Of a stretch of 50,713 bases of DNA, positions 36,485 through 47,133 are shown one piece after another. Positions within the stretch are counted from its first letter, which is position 1, and each line of letters opens with the position of its first letter. This DNA comes from Colwellia sp. GTDB taxonomy: Bacteria > Pseudomonadota > Gammaproteobacteria > Enterobacterales > Alteromonadaceae. Location: positions 1-50,713 of the forward strand of contig JALJPB010000027.1 of NCBI GenBank assembly GCA_022969175.1. The letters are read 5' to 3'. The notes beneath the pieces are model-generated. The model was not told where the DNA came from, searched no databases, and saw nothing but the letters and a program-made list of their open reading frames with translations. Position numbers and translations under genes: made by a program.

Positions 36485-38689
36485 ATGTTTTTTAGTCTTT
36501 CTAAATCTTTCTTCACCATTTATTTGTTATTGCTGTTGATTGGGCATCAATCTGCTTGTGCTTCTGATGCTGTGGATATATACGAGCTCAGTTTTGAAGA
36601 ATTGCTTAACTTAAAGGTGTCTACTGTTTCTCGCCAAGAGCAAAGTCTTGATGAAAGTCCTGCGTTTATCGAAATAATTACTCAAGATGATATTAAGCGA
36701 CGAGGTTATAAAGATCTTAGTTATTTATTGGATGATATTGCTGGAGTACAAGTAACTCGTACTTTTGGTGATAACTATTTCAATGCCCTTTGGCGTGGAG
36801 TTCGGCACACCATAGGAAGTTCACACCTGATATTAATCGATGGTATCAAATTTAATCATTTATATAACAACGAAGCAGAGATAATGGCGTCATTTCCATT
36901 ATCGAATATAAAACAGGTAGAAGTTGTTCATGGACCAGCATCAGTCGCTTATGGTAATGATGCCGTAGTGGGCATTATTAACATAATCACCAACAAAGAT
37001 TCTCAAAAAGGTCAGGCCTTTTTGCAAGTAGGTGGCAACAATACTGAAGTTGTCGATTTTTCAAGCTTTCTCAAAGGAGAAAAATTTCAGCTAAGATTCA
37101 GCGGGCGGTTTGATAAAGGCAGTGTGGATATGTCTAACGCCAATAATTATCGTTGGACAAATACCGAGTTACTCAACAACCCTGATATTTGGGGCGGCTT
37201 TTCTAGCTCTCATGGTGAAGCGGACTCTAAACATAGTAACAAGTCTTTAGAATTTAGTTTGTTTAATGAAAAAACTGAAATTACTCTACAATATCATGAA
37301 CTAAGTACCGGTTATGGATTAGAGTATACCTTTGATCATGCATTACCTGATGCTGGGGAATGGATTGAAAATGAGCATTCTATTCATTGGAAAGAACTCT
37401 TTGACATCAATAAGGATATTCAAGTTAAAACGTTATTGAGATATCGCAGCAGCAACATAGATGCAAACTCTTTTTTTATCGAGGGCTATATTACAACTAA
37501 CCCAGAAACAGGTGATAACCAGCGTTTACTTGATGCGAGTTTTTGGGAGTCGACCAATTATAGTTGGATAGGCTCAGCAGAGATTGTTTGGCAAGTTACA
37601 CCAAAACTTAATTTGCTTACTGGCTTTGAGTATGAAGATAAAAATTTACAAAAAGCTTATAACATTGAGTTTGGCCCTTCATTAGCTCCTGAATTTGTTG
37701 ATTCAACTTATGAGTTCCCTATACCACCCACTGAAGATTCCTATGAAAATAATAGAATTGGTACTAATCAACAAGGTCTTTACCTTTTATCTCAGTATCA
37801 GTTAAGTAAACCCGGGGCTCTTATTCATCATCATTTACATTTTGGCATTCGAAACGACCATCATTCTGTATTTGGTACTGAGACAAGCCTTCGTACTGGT
37901 TATGTTGGTCAGTGGCAAAAAACTACGTTTAAAATGTTTTATGGTCAAGCTTATCAAGAGCCTTCAGCAAGACTGCTTTATGGTGGCTGGCGGGGCTCTG
38001 GTAGTGATCCTGAGTTACAACCAAGAAATGCCGAGACAATAGAAATGAATATTAATTATCAATTAGCTTCAGTTTTGTTATCCGCCAACTATTTTCGAAT
38101 GGACAGTAAAAATTTGTTTAATACTACAGAAACCGGTGCCTTGAATGCAGGTAAGGGCTTGGCTACTGGAGGGGATCTAAGAGCTAAATATCAAACTAGC
38201 AATGCACTAGTTTCAAGCCTGTCATTGTGGGGCACATATTCTTGGTTAAATTCAAAAGAACAAACTTATGATCAACAAGGAATATTACGATGGAATAGAG
38301 TCGGTGACTTAGCGGATTATACTTTTCATGGCGGAGCCTATATTACTTTTAATCAATACTGGCAGCTCAATATCAGAGGTCGTTTTTATGGTAATCGAAA
38401 AACGGTACAAACTAATGAATTGAGTGAGGTTGAAAGTTACTTAAGCCTTGATGCTAATGTTATTTATCAGCCGAAATCAATCAGTCGTCTTAAGCTGGCA
38501 ATTGATGTGACTAACTTATTTGATGAAGATTATTTTCATCCTGGGGTAAGAAGTGCTTCTGCAAGTACGACTAATATAGGCGGACTTGATGAAAATGGCG
38601 TATGGATAGGAAGTGGGAGTTTTTATAATGCAAAAATCCCACAACCGGGCAGAGAAATCAGGTTAACGGCCTACTGGCAATTTAGGTAA
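36485..38689 (+). CDS. TonB-dependent outer-membrane receptor
   Basis: Signal peptide, plug-domain motifs (ITQDDIKRRGYKDLSYLLDDIAGVQV, NHLYNNEAE), beta-barrel ending ...TAYWQFR; the ORF-track start at 36404 is TTG, ATG at 36485 (GAAGG RBS) preferred. Confidence 0.8.
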   Translation: MFFSLSKSFFTIYLLLLLIGHQSACASDAVDIYELSFEELLNLKVSTVSRQEQSLDESPAFIEIITQDDIKRRGYKDLSYLLDDIAGVQVTRTFGDNYFNALWRGVRHTIGSSHLILIDGIKFNHLYNNEAEIMASFPLSNIKQVEVVHGPASVAYGNDAVVGIINIITNKDSQKGQAFLQVGGNNTEVVDFSSFLKGEKFQLRFSGRFDKGSVDMSNANNYRWTNTELLNNPDIWGGFSSSHGEADSKHSNKSLEFSLFNEKTEITLQYHELSTGYGLEYTFDHALPDAGEWIENEHSIHWKELFDINKDIQVKTLLRYRSSNIDANSFFIEGYITTNPETGDNQRLLDASFWESTNYSWIGSAEIVWQVTPKLNLLTGFEYEDKNLQKAYNIEFGPSLAPEFVDSTYEFPIPPTEDSYENNRIGTNQQGLYLLSQYQLSKPGALIHHHLHFGIRNDHHSVFGTETSLRTGYVGQWQKTTFKMFYGQAYQEPSARLLYGGWRGSGSDPELQPRNAETIEMNINYQLASVLLSANYFRMDSKNLFNTTETGALNAGKGLATGGDLRAKYQTSNALVSSLSLWGTYSWLNSKEQTYDQQGILRWNRVGDLADYTFHGGAYITFNQYWQLNIRGRFYGNRKTVQTNELSEVESYLSLDANVIYQPKSISRLKLAIDVTNLFDEDYFHPGVRSASASTTNIGGLDENGVWIGSGSFYNAKIPQPGREIRLTAYWQFR

Positions 38690-38726
38690 TTTAAAGTCGA
38701 TAAATTTATCCTGCATAGCCTAAGGG

Positions 38727-39131
38727 TTAAGTTCCCCAAGGGTTAGAAGGGCTACTGTTTCGAGCACGAGCCTTTTTGGCGCGCTTTTGCCTTAAACGTT
38801 CGGCATCATCTAAACTTAACTCTGCTGGCTCACCTAATTTGTCTTGTGCAGGTACGATACGATCTCTAGGAGGGTTTTGAAATTGTTCATCGGATGCTCT
38901 AGGTAAGCCTTTATATTCATACATATAAAAAGCTTCTACTTTCTCTTGAGCCCAATCAGTTTTTCTCAAAAACTTTATACTTGATGCCATACTGACATTG
39001 GTTTTAAAGCAGTTAAGGTTTAAATAAGCGTAGAGTATTTCCCAATCATAATGATCAACCAATTCTTGTAATACTTGCTCTAATTTAACCCCGTGTAGTG
39101 GGTTATTTTTGTAAAGTTCTTCTGAGCTCAT
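38727..39131 (-). CDS. VF530/DUF2132-family small protein with basic C-terminal tail (paralog of 47953..48183)
   Basis: NPLHGVKLEQVLQELVDHY...SIKFLRKTDWAQEKVEAFY shared with the second copy; start re-set to the ATG at 39131. Confidence 0.5.
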   Translation of the reverse strand: MSSEELYKNNPLHGVKLEQVLQELVDHYDWEILYAYLNLNCFKTNVSMASSIKFLRKTDWAQEKVEAFYMYEYKGLPRASDEQFQNPPRDRIVPAQDKLGEPAELSLDDAERLRQKRAKKARARNSSPSNPWGT

Positions 39132-39231
39132 ATTGATCCTGTTTGCATTAATATCTTTGGTATAATTGTTTAAGTATAAGCACAGCATAAATAAATGTTG
39201 TTGATGCTGTGCTTATTAAAAGTTAACTTTA

Positions 39232-39879
39232 TTAATCTAAAGTTAGTAGGTACTGGACTAACTTTTTATAGTCATTTTCAAAATCGCTTCTATCTAGCGC
39301 TTTAGTATTGATTAGGTATTTATTATTAATAACAAGCGTAGGTACGGATTTTAATGCACGTTTGTTTGTTAATTCATCTTGAAACTTCTTCATTTTTTTA
39401 GCTTGGCTATTGACTGAAAAACTACTCATTAACTTATCAAATTTTTCACCATCAGCACCATTTAAGACAAAGATGTTACGGATGTCTTTTTCTGAAGAAA
39501 TTATTGCCCGCTGTACATGAATATAATTGAACAAGGCACCGACTAATTTTTTCTCCATTTTCAATTGTTGGGCAACCACGACAGCTTTTGAAAGCATAAA
39601 TTGTATTTCAGGAGATGCGGCACGAAGAAAATCAACGTGGTTACGTTTAAACTTCGTATTATCAGGTAATTCTTTTTTCACTTCTTCCATAAAGGGTTCA
39701 GAGCTAAAACAGTGTGGGCAATAAAACGAAAAGTATTCTCTGACTTCAGGTTTGCTAGATAACGCTTCGCCAACTTTAATGTATTGTTTGCCTTCTTGGT
39801 AGTCAGCGGCATTTGCCATAAATGGTAAAAGTAGTGCCAGACAAAAAGTGAACGACAGGGTGGTTATTTTTTTTATCAT
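39232..39879 (-). CDS. dsbA: Periplasmic thiol:disulfide oxidoreductase DsbA
   Basis: 215 aa; signal peptide; FSFYCPHCFS (CPHC active site) in a thioredoxin fold. Confidence 0.85.
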   Translation of the reverse strand: MIKKITTLSFTFCLALLLPFMANAADYQEGKQYIKVGEALSSKPEVREYFSFYCPHCFSSEPFMEEVKKELPDNTKFKRNHVDFLRAASPEIQFMLSKAVVVAQQLKMEKKLVGALFNYIHVQRAIISSEKDIRNIFVLNGADGEKFDKLMSSFSVNSQAKKMKKFQDELTNKRALKSVPTLVINNKYLINTKALDRSDFENDYKKLVQYLLTLD

Positions 39880-39919
39880 GAGTTATTCCTATGGTTAGCC
39901 AAATCTCAGGCTATAAAAT

Positions 39920-40903
39920 CTAATACGCGGGTAATAAAGTTAATGGTGGCTGTTGCAGAGCAGACATTTGCTCTTTTAACATTAAAATTTGCTGTTCCCA
40001 ATACTTGTCACTTTCAAACCATGGAAAGTTACGAGGGAATGCAGGGTCTTGCCATCGTTTACATAACCAAGCCATATAATTTACCACGCGCATGGTACGT
40101 AGGGATTCTATCAAAATTAGTTGGTCATTTTCAAATTTAAAAAACTCTTCATAGCCAGATAACATAGTATCTAATTGTAATAATTGTTGTTGTCTGTCGC
40201 CAGATAGCATCATCCATAAGTCTTGTATCGCAGGCCCAGTGCGGCAGTCATCAAGATCAACAAAGTGAGGGCCTTCTCCTTCGCGCCATAAAATATTACC
40301 TGCATGACAATCACCATGTAACCTAATTTGATGTTTAGGTTGATACTGTTTTACGGCTTCGGTAATAACGACATCTAAAATAGTAAAAAATGCAGTGTGC
40401 AAGTAGCTAGGAACAAATCCTGAATTTGCAATAATATCTTTTGCTTGATATAGCATTTCATCAACGGTAAATTTTGGCCGATGAATAAAGGGCTTTTGTG
40501 CCCCTACGGCATGCATACGACCAACAAATCGACCCATCCATTCAAGTTGATCTAAATTATCTACTTCAAAAATACGACCACCACGGCAAGGATATACTGC
40601 AAATTGATAGCCTTGATGGGTAAAAAGGCTTTCTCCTTTAATTTTTAGTGGTGCAATAACGGGGATTTCTTGGTCTTGCAACTCAAAACCAAAGTGATGC
40701 TCTTCCCTTAGTTGTGCATCACTCCAACGCTGGGGACGATAAAATTTAGTGACAAATTTCACCATATTGTCATCATGAAATTGGTAAACCCTATTTTCAT
40801 AACTATTAAGGGCTAATAAGCCGCTATCGACAGTAAAATCGACAGATTCTAAGCCATCGATGATAAGATCAGGTGTGAGTGAAGTAAAATCAAATACAGA
40901 CAT
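39920..40903 (-). CDS. srkA: Stress-response Ser/Thr kinase SrkA (YihE/RdoA), the conserved gene upstream of dsbA
   Basis: 327 aa; YihE-like N-terminus, HGDCHAGNILW catalytic-loop motif, DLDD; yihE-dsbA synteny as in E. coli. Confidence 0.8.
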   Translation of the reverse strand: MSVFDFTSLTPDLIIDGLESVDFTVDSGLLALNSYENRVYQFHDDNMVKFVTKFYRPQRWSDAQLREEHHFGFELQDQEIPVIAPLKIKGESLFTHQGYQFAVYPCRGGRIFEVDNLDQLEWMGRFVGRMHAVGAQKPFIHRPKFTVDEMLYQAKDIIANSGFVPSYLHTAFFTILDVVITEAVKQYQPKHQIRLHGDCHAGNILWREGEGPHFVDLDDCRTGPAIQDLWMMLSGDRQQQLLQLDTMLSGYEEFFKFENDQLILIESLRTMRVVNYMAWLCKRWQDPAFPRNFPWFESDKYWEQQILMLKEQMSALQQPPLTLLPAY

Positions 40904-42339
40904 TAGCGCTTCTTAAAAAATCGACTTTGCTGCTCAAAAACAACATCATCTTCAGGTGATATTTGTTTAACAACAAATATAATTTTAGTCATATGATCTT
41001 TTAAATCATATGGGTCTATGGCCAAACTAATGGGCAGAGTATAAACATCTGCAGCTTTAACCGTTACTTCTTGTTCTCCAATCCATTTAACATTTTCCAA
41101 CCCTTGAACAGATAATCGGTAAGTATTATCAGTTTGTGATTTATTGAGAATTTTTAAAGTATAAACATTTTCTACTTCGCCGTTGAAGTTTTCGCGAGCG
41201 AGTTCATTACGATCTCGAATAATATCTAGGGCTACAGGTACTCTATTAACAATTTCCATGATTAATAAACTGGTCATGACAATTAAAACAACGGCATATC
41301 CAACTAATTTTGCTCTGACCAGGTGTACTTTTTTCCCCTTAAGCTCGTGTTCAGTCGTATGACGAATTAAGCCTTTGGGGTATTTCATTTTGTCCATGAC
41401 ACCATCACAGGCATCGATACATGCGCCACAATTAATGCATTCGTATTGTAAACCATTGCGAATGTCGATGCCGGTCGGGCAAACTTGTACACATAAGCTG
41501 CAGTCAATACAATCACCAAGTCCTAAAGCTTTATGATCTTGTTTTCTTCCTCTTGCACCTCTTGATTCTCCACGATTATAATCATATGAGACCGTCATTG
41601 TGTCTTTATCAAACATCGCGGATTGAAAACGGGCATAGGGACATATATGCAAGCACATGATTTCGCGCATCCAACCGGCATTACCATAGGTGCAAAGTGC
41701 AAAGAACCATACGGTAGCGGCAACCGCAAATGATGCACTAAAGGTAAAAAACTCACTAAATAGTGTTTGTACGGGAACAAAATAACCGACAAAAGTTAAA
41801 CCTGTCAATACGGAAAAAAACATCCAACAACTGTGTTTAAGTGTCTTACGCCAGAATTTATTAATGGATAGTTTTTGGCGGTCAAGATTTTTTCGTTGAT
41901 TCGCACTGCCCTCAATCTTTTCCTCAAACCAGATGAATATAAAGGTCCAGACGGTTTGTGGACATAAATAACCACACCATACCCGGCCTAAAAAGGTGGT
42001 GACAAAAAATAATACAAAGGCACTTAATATGAATAGCCAAGCAAGTAAAGTTAGGTCTTGTGGCCAAAGGGTGAGGCCCCAAAGGTAAAAACGTTGATCA
42101 ATAATATCGAATAATACCGCTTGGTGACCGTTGTATTGCATCCATGGAATTAAGGCAAATACGGTTAAAAAAACGAAATTCATTTTTTGACGCAATCGTT
42201 GAAAGAAGCCTTTGACTTTACGAACGTATATTTGGTCCCTTGCTTTGTACTGTTCTACGCCATTGTTCGGCTGATGAATCTTAATGTTCTTAATTGGGAT
42301 GCGGGTCGCTTGGGCAGGTTTATTGTCGTCTGTTTTCAC
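40903..42339 (-). CDS. ccoG: cbb3-type cytochrome oxidase assembly ferredoxin CcoG/FixG/RdxA
   Basis: 478 aa; about 5 TM helices, two 4Fe-4S motifs (CIDCSLCVQVCP, CINCGACIDAC); GTG start. Confidence 0.8.
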   Translation of the reverse strand: MKTDDNKPAQATRIPIKNIKIHQPNNGVEQYKARDQIYVRKVKGFFQRLRQKMNFVFLTVFALIPWMQYNGHQAVLFDIIDQRFYLWGLTLWPQDLTLLAWLFILSAFVLFFVTTFLGRVWCGYLCPQTVWTFIFIWFEEKIEGSANQRKNLDRQKLSINKFWRKTLKHSCWMFFSVLTGLTFVGYFVPVQTLFSEFFTFSASFAVAATVWFFALCTYGNAGWMREIMCLHICPYARFQSAMFDKDTMTVSYDYNRGESRGARGRKQDHKALGLGDCIDCSLCVQVCPTGIDIRNGLQYECINCGACIDACDGVMDKMKYPKGLIRHTTEHELKGKKVHLVRAKLVGYAVVLIVMTSLLIMEIVNRVPVALDIIRDRNELARENFNGEVENVYTLKILNKSQTDNTYRLSVQGLENVKWIGEQEVTVKAADVYTLPISLAIDPYDLKDHMTKIIFVVKQISPEDDVVFEQQSRFFKKR

Positions 42340-42452
42340 AGTGAATCCTTGATGACAGAAAAAGTAAACGCGAAAGTATTATGAGTGCCATAACTAGTTT
42401 ATTGTGTAAAAATTGATTATCCTATGCACACAGCATTATTATACGACATACT

Positions 42453-42809
42453 ATGAAAAAATTATTGATCTTAATCGTTGGATTTGCGTTATTTCTACAC
42501 TTTTATCCTCAGCCAGAGCTTGAAGAATGGTTTCAAGGGATTAAAGGTGACGCTTTGGATGGTTTTTCAGATACCTTTGATACTGAAGCCAGGCTAAAAA
42601 CTGATGTAATTTTAATTGAATTACAAAAGGATATGAAGACATTCACATCTAAAGAACGGGCGCAATTAACAGAAATTGCTGACTCACGCCGGTCAGTCAA
42701 AGCCTTTTATACCGACTATTGTGTAGCCAAAAAACGTGAATTTAAAATGCGAGCTGGGGTTCAAGCTAAAATTTGTAAAACAATATCAAAGCATACGAGA
42801 CTTTTATAA
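42453..42809 (+). CDS. Hypothetical exported or membrane-anchored small protein
   Basis: 118 aa; N-terminal hydrophobic segment; no family recognised. Confidence 0.4.
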   Translation: MKKLLILIVGFALFLHFYPQPELEEWFQGIKGDALDGFSDTFDTEARLKTDVILIELQKDMKTFTSKERAQLTEIADSRRSVKAFYTDYCVAKKREFKMRAGVQAKICKTISKHTRLL

Positions 42810-42845
42810 AATTACTCTCGTTTGCTTTAATCTAGATTTTACCTA

Positions 42846-44222
42846 TCAAGCTGATAATACATCTAAAATATCAGCGAAAGCATTTGCAGTCGCATTTTCA
42901 TCTTGATGATGGCCAGCTAATATCACCCACTGTCCGTTAACCATAACATCTCGCACTGGGGTATTTTGGCTGGCAAAAATCATGCTATCTAATAAATGCT
43001 GGTTGCTGTGGGCAAATAATCGGGTTTGTTGGCTATCTAATACTACAAGGTCTGCTTGTTTACCTACCGACAATTCCCCGGTATTACTATTTGTTGATTG
43101 CGCACCACCCATTGCTGCTTTTTTCCATAAATTTGCACCAACTGATAATTCTTGGCTTGAAGCGAGTATTGCTCGTTGTTGTTTAATTAATCGCTGGGCA
43201 TACTCTAACCAGCGTAGCTCTTCAATAGGGTTCACCGATATATGGCTGTCTGAGCCAATGGCAAATGTGCCACCTTCGGCTAAAAATTCGGTGGTAGGGA
43301 AAATGCCATCACCTAAATTTGCTTCTGTAGTGGGGCAAATTCCAGCAATCGCTCGGCTTTTGATAATGCCTTGGCGTTCTTGTTCATTAATATGGGTGGC
43401 GTGTATTAAACACCATTGTTCGTCTAACGTCATATTATCAAGCAGCCATTCAACAGGACGTTGGCCATAGTGGTTCAGGCAATCTTCAACTTCTTTTTGT
43501 TGTTCAGCAATATGAATGTGAATAGGGGCATGTTTATCTAAAGCTCGAACGTGATTTACCGCTTGTTCTAAAGATTTTTTATCAACGGCTCTTAACGAGT
43601 GTGGCGCAATGCCAATGTTGGTATTTCGATGATTTTTGCTTAATTTAAAACACTCACTTACTAACTGATTAAATTGTTCGGTAGAATTTATAAAGCGTTT
43701 CTGTGAGTCATTCGGCGCTTGAGCACCAAAACCGCTAAAACGGTATAAGACAGGTAGCATGGTTAAACCAATGCCAGAAGTAGTTGCCGCTTTAAACAAA
43801 GCTTCTGCCATAGCGGCGAGTGACGGATGATTATCGCCATTAATTTCATGATGTAAATAATGAAACTCGGCGACACGGGTATAACCCATTTTTAGCATTT
43901 CAATATATAACTGACGGGCAATAATTTCTGCATTTTGACACGTTAACTGGGCCAGAAATTTATACATTATTTTTCGCCAAGTCCAAAAGCTGTCTTGTCC
44001 CTCGCTGCCTTGTTCACTAAACCCCGCAAATGCTCGTTGAAATGCATGAGAATGACAATTGATCATACCAGGGATTACGGGGCCTTTTACATGTTCAGCC
44101 CCCTTTAGATATCCAGAATCTATCGAAGTGATTATACCGTTATTAATGGTCAGTGTTTTGTCCTGATTCCAACCATCAGCTAATAAAATTTTGTCGGCAT
44201 AAATTATTTTTTCATTATTCAT
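42846..44222 (-). CDS. hutF: Formimidoylglutamate deiminase (amidohydrolase superfamily)
   Basis: 458 aa; metal-binding HSHAFQ, HxH and aspartate motifs of the HutF/guanine-deaminase-like amidohydrolases; paired with hutG. Confidence 0.75.
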   Translation of the reverse strand: MNNEKIIYADKILLADGWNQDKTLTINNGIITSIDSGYLKGAEHVKGPVIPGMINCHSHAFQRAFAGFSEQGSEGQDSFWTWRKIMYKFLAQLTCQNAEIIARQLYIEMLKMGYTRVAEFHYLHHEINGDNHPSLAAMAEALFKAATTSGIGLTMLPVLYRFSGFGAQAPNDSQKRFINSTEQFNQLVSECFKLSKNHRNTNIGIAPHSLRAVDKKSLEQAVNHVRALDKHAPIHIHIAEQQKEVEDCLNHYGQRPVEWLLDNMTLDEQWCLIHATHINEQERQGIIKSRAIAGICPTTEANLGDGIFPTTEFLAEGGTFAIGSDSHISVNPIEELRWLEYAQRLIKQQRAILASSQELSVGANLWKKAAMGGAQSTNSNTGELSVGKQADLVVLDSQQTRLFAHSNQHLLDSMIFASQNTPVRDVMVNGQWVILAGHHQDENATANAFADILDVLSA

Positions 44223-44231
44223 CGGTCACTC

Positions 44232-45023
44232 CTAACTTGTCGGCGGAGAAATATTTATTAAAGACTTAACTAAAGCTTCTAGTTTAGGTTTTACTTGTCC
44301 TGCGAGTATTTCGTTATATTCATTTGTTGGCTCATTCATATAAGTTCGCTGTGATAACTCCAATTGCACTGCATGAATGTTATTTTCAGGCTGTCCATAA
44401 TGACGAGTAATAAACCCACCCTTAAATCGGCCGTTACTCACCATAGAGTATGGCGAATAATCTAACTGTTGAATCAGTGTTATAACTTTATCAGAGCAGC
44501 TCTTCCCGTTGGCAGTACCAAAATTAAAGTCAGGTAGTTGGCCTTCAAAAAATCGAGGGACATGTGACAAAATAGAATGAGCTTCCAACAGTATGGCATA
44601 ACCAAATTGCTGCTTGATTTCTGCTAATCTGTTGTTAAGTGCATCATGATATGGCTGCCAATAATGTTTAATCCGATGCTGTATTTCTTTTTCACCGGGC
44701 TGCTGTTCGTTTAAATAAAGAGGTGTTAGATCAAAAGCTGAGGTCGGACAAAGTTCTGTGCTATTTTGCCCAGGATACAAATCAATCCCAGTAGGTTCAC
44801 GGTTGAGATCAATAACATAGCGATTATATTTAGGTATTAAAATATTCGCGCCTAGTGTATGTGCAAAATCATATAGCCGGTCTTTGTACCAGTCAGTATC
44901 CGCAACTTTTTTTGCTGACTCTGTCATGGTTAGTGCAATATCATCAGGAATTGCTTGACCATTGTGTGGCATGCTAATTAATAAAGGGCTGGTTCCTTTG
45001 GTTAAAATAAAACTTGCAGACAT
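44232..45023 (-). CDS. hutG: N-formylglutamate amidohydrolase/deformylase
   Basis: 263 aa; LLISMPHNGQAIPDD N-terminus typical of FGase; 9 nt upstream of hutF. Confidence 0.75.
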   Translation of the reverse strand: MSASFILTKGTSPLLISMPHNGQAIPDDIALTMTESAKKVADTDWYKDRLYDFAHTLGANILIPKYNRYVIDLNREPTGIDLYPGQNSTELCPTSAFDLTPLYLNEQQPGEKEIQHRIKHYWQPYHDALNNRLAEIKQQFGYAILLEAHSILSHVPRFFEGQLPDFNFGTANGKSCSDKVITLIQQLDYSPYSMVSNGRFKGGFITRHYGQPENNIHAVQLELSQRTYMNEPTNEYNEILAGQVKPKLEALVKSLINISPPTS

Positions 45024-45319
45024 GGGTTGTTTTCCTCTACCTAATCTAATTGTATATACAACTTGGAGTGCTAATTTACCATGCTAATAGGTATAGGTGC
45101 AATAGTTGCTGTTTCTATTATAGTGGCTAAAGTTTTATACCACTCATTTTTCATTTAATTGCTAACATCACTAGCGATTGATGCCGGTTGTGTTATACCC
45201 ATATCAGTAGCTTATGTTTTCATCAAATAATAAATTGTTCAGGAAGATAAATAATCGAAGAATCCAATATTCAAGAAAATGTAGCGATCATCTATCAACA
45301 GGCAAGTTATTTATTATTA

Positions 45320-47011
45320 ATGCTACTGTTGTTGTGTTTACTGCTTTTTTGGCTTTATTACCGCAAGTCTCTTAGAAGAAAAGCAGAACAAGACAAAATA
45401 GAGCGAGCACTAAAAATTGCGGAAGCAGAAAAGTTAGCTGCTGAAAAATCGGCACAAGCAAAAATTAGCTTTTTAGCACGTATGAGCCATGAGATAAGAA
45501 CACCAATGAATGGTGTGTTTGGTATGGCAGAAGCATTATCGTTTACTAATTTAGATGATAACCAGCAAGAGCTACTGACTACTTTAAAAGGGTCAGCAAG
45601 TAACTTATTAGCCTTGCTTAATGATGTTCTCGACTTTTCGAAAATGGATGCCGGCAAGCTAACTTTGGAATTGGTGCCAGTCAATTTTCATCAGATATCA
45701 CAAAATATTATAAATAGCTTTTCTCATCCAGAAAAAGATAAGTCTTTAAACTTCAATTTAAGAATAGATAAGAATATCACCCATAGTTATTTCACAGATC
45801 CTACTCGATTAACTCAAGTTTTTAATAACCTTGTAAGTAACGCGGTAAAGTTTACCCAACAGGGTAATATTACACTTGCCATTGTCTTAATGGAGCGAAA
45901 ATTAGTAGAGAATATAACCTATGATACTTTAAGATTTTCTGTTGCTGATACCGGCATTGGTATTGCGAAAAATAATCAAGCGCTATTGTTTACACCCTTT
46001 ATTCAAGCAGATAGTGAAATCACACGAAAGTACGGTGGCACAGGTTTAGGTCTAAGTATTTGCCAAGAAATTGTTCATGCAATGGGTGGAACGATCAATT
46101 TAGAATCCACAGAGCATATTGGCAGCACATTCCATTTTACCTTGACGTTTAAACAATCCGGTTTAGAAAAAGAAAGAATTGAGAGGCGGAACAATACTCG
46201 TTCGGCTAATTGTGTAACCGATGAGCGCTTTAAACTTTTGAGGGTGCTGGTAGCAGAAGATAACTTGGTTAATATTATGGTATTAAATGCTCAGCTTGAA
46301 CGATTAAATATTAAAGCGGATGTCGTTAACGATGGAGCTCAAGCGTTAGTTATGCATAATAAAATGCCTTATGACATCATTATTTCTGACTGCCATATGC
46401 CCATCCTTGATGGCTTCGAGTTAGCCAAAAAATTATCAAGTAAGAAAACTAATAAACCCTTATGGCTTATTGCTATCACGGCCGATGCGCTAAGTGGCAG
46501 TGCTGAAAAGTGCTTAGCCGCAGGCTTTGATGATTACATCGCTAAGCCTTGCCCGCAAGAAACCATTACCAATAAACTTAATCGCGCTTATAGACAGCTT
46601 CAATTACAAAAAGGAGTAAATTTATCGTCTTCAAGTGCTAATAATTACCTATTATTTGATCTACAGGCATTATTAAAAGTTAATAACTCAGACCTAATTC
46701 TTGCAAGCAAAGTAGCTCAGATCTTTGCTGATACTTGGCAAAAAGACAGGTTAACACTACAAATAGCGCTGGAAGTTAAGAATTTTGAAACATTATATGC
46801 ACTCACTCATAAAATTAGAGGAAGTGTTCGTTATCTTTGTTATAGCCCTCTCGATAGCATGGCTCAGCAAGTTGAAAACCATGCTTTGGTTAATAACGAA
46901 ATTGAAGTTGATAATTTTGCTCAGCCATTTATTAGTCAGTTGGAACAATTGGCTGATGAAATTGATCACTGGTTGGCTAGTTTACCTAAATCAGCAGGCT
47001 ATAATCCTTAA
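45320..47011 (+). CDS. Hybrid sensor histidine kinase (TM anchor, coiled coil, HisKA, HATPase_c, receiver, C-terminal HPt)
   Basis: MSHEIRTPMNGV H-box; N/G1/G2 boxes (GTGLGLSICQ); receiver VLVAEDNLVNI...DCHMPILDG; HPt-like THKIRGSVRY. Confidence 0.85.
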   Translation: MLLLLCLLLFWLYYRKSLRRKAEQDKIERALKIAEAEKLAAEKSAQAKISFLARMSHEIRTPMNGVFGMAEALSFTNLDDNQQELLTTLKGSASNLLALLNDVLDFSKMDAGKLTLELVPVNFHQISQNIINSFSHPEKDKSLNFNLRIDKNITHSYFTDPTRLTQVFNNLVSNAVKFTQQGNITLAIVLMERKLVENITYDTLRFSVADTGIGIAKNNQALLFTPFIQADSEITRKYGGTGLGLSICQEIVHAMGGTINLESTEHIGSTFHFTLTFKQSGLEKERIERRNNTRSANCVTDERFKLLRVLVAEDNLVNIMVLNAQLERLNIKADVVNDGAQALVMHNKMPYDIIISDCHMPILDGFELAKKLSSKKTNKPLWLIAITADALSGSAEKCLAAGFDDYIAKPCPQETITNKLNRAYRQLQLQKGVNLSSSSANNYLLFDLQALLKVNNSDLILASKVAQIFADTWQKDRLTLQIALEVKNFETLYALTHKIRGSVRYLCYSPLDSMAQQVENHALVNNEIEVDNFAQPFISQLEQLADEIDHWLASLPKSAGYNP

Positions 47012-47133
47012 TCGTTTTTGTAGATTGTAGTGAGTTGTTTTAATCGCTTTATTGCTTGGTAAGTTTGCTTCACAATAGGTACTCTTAACTAACTATTTAG
47101 TTATTCACAATATATTTTATCTGGAGTCATGCA

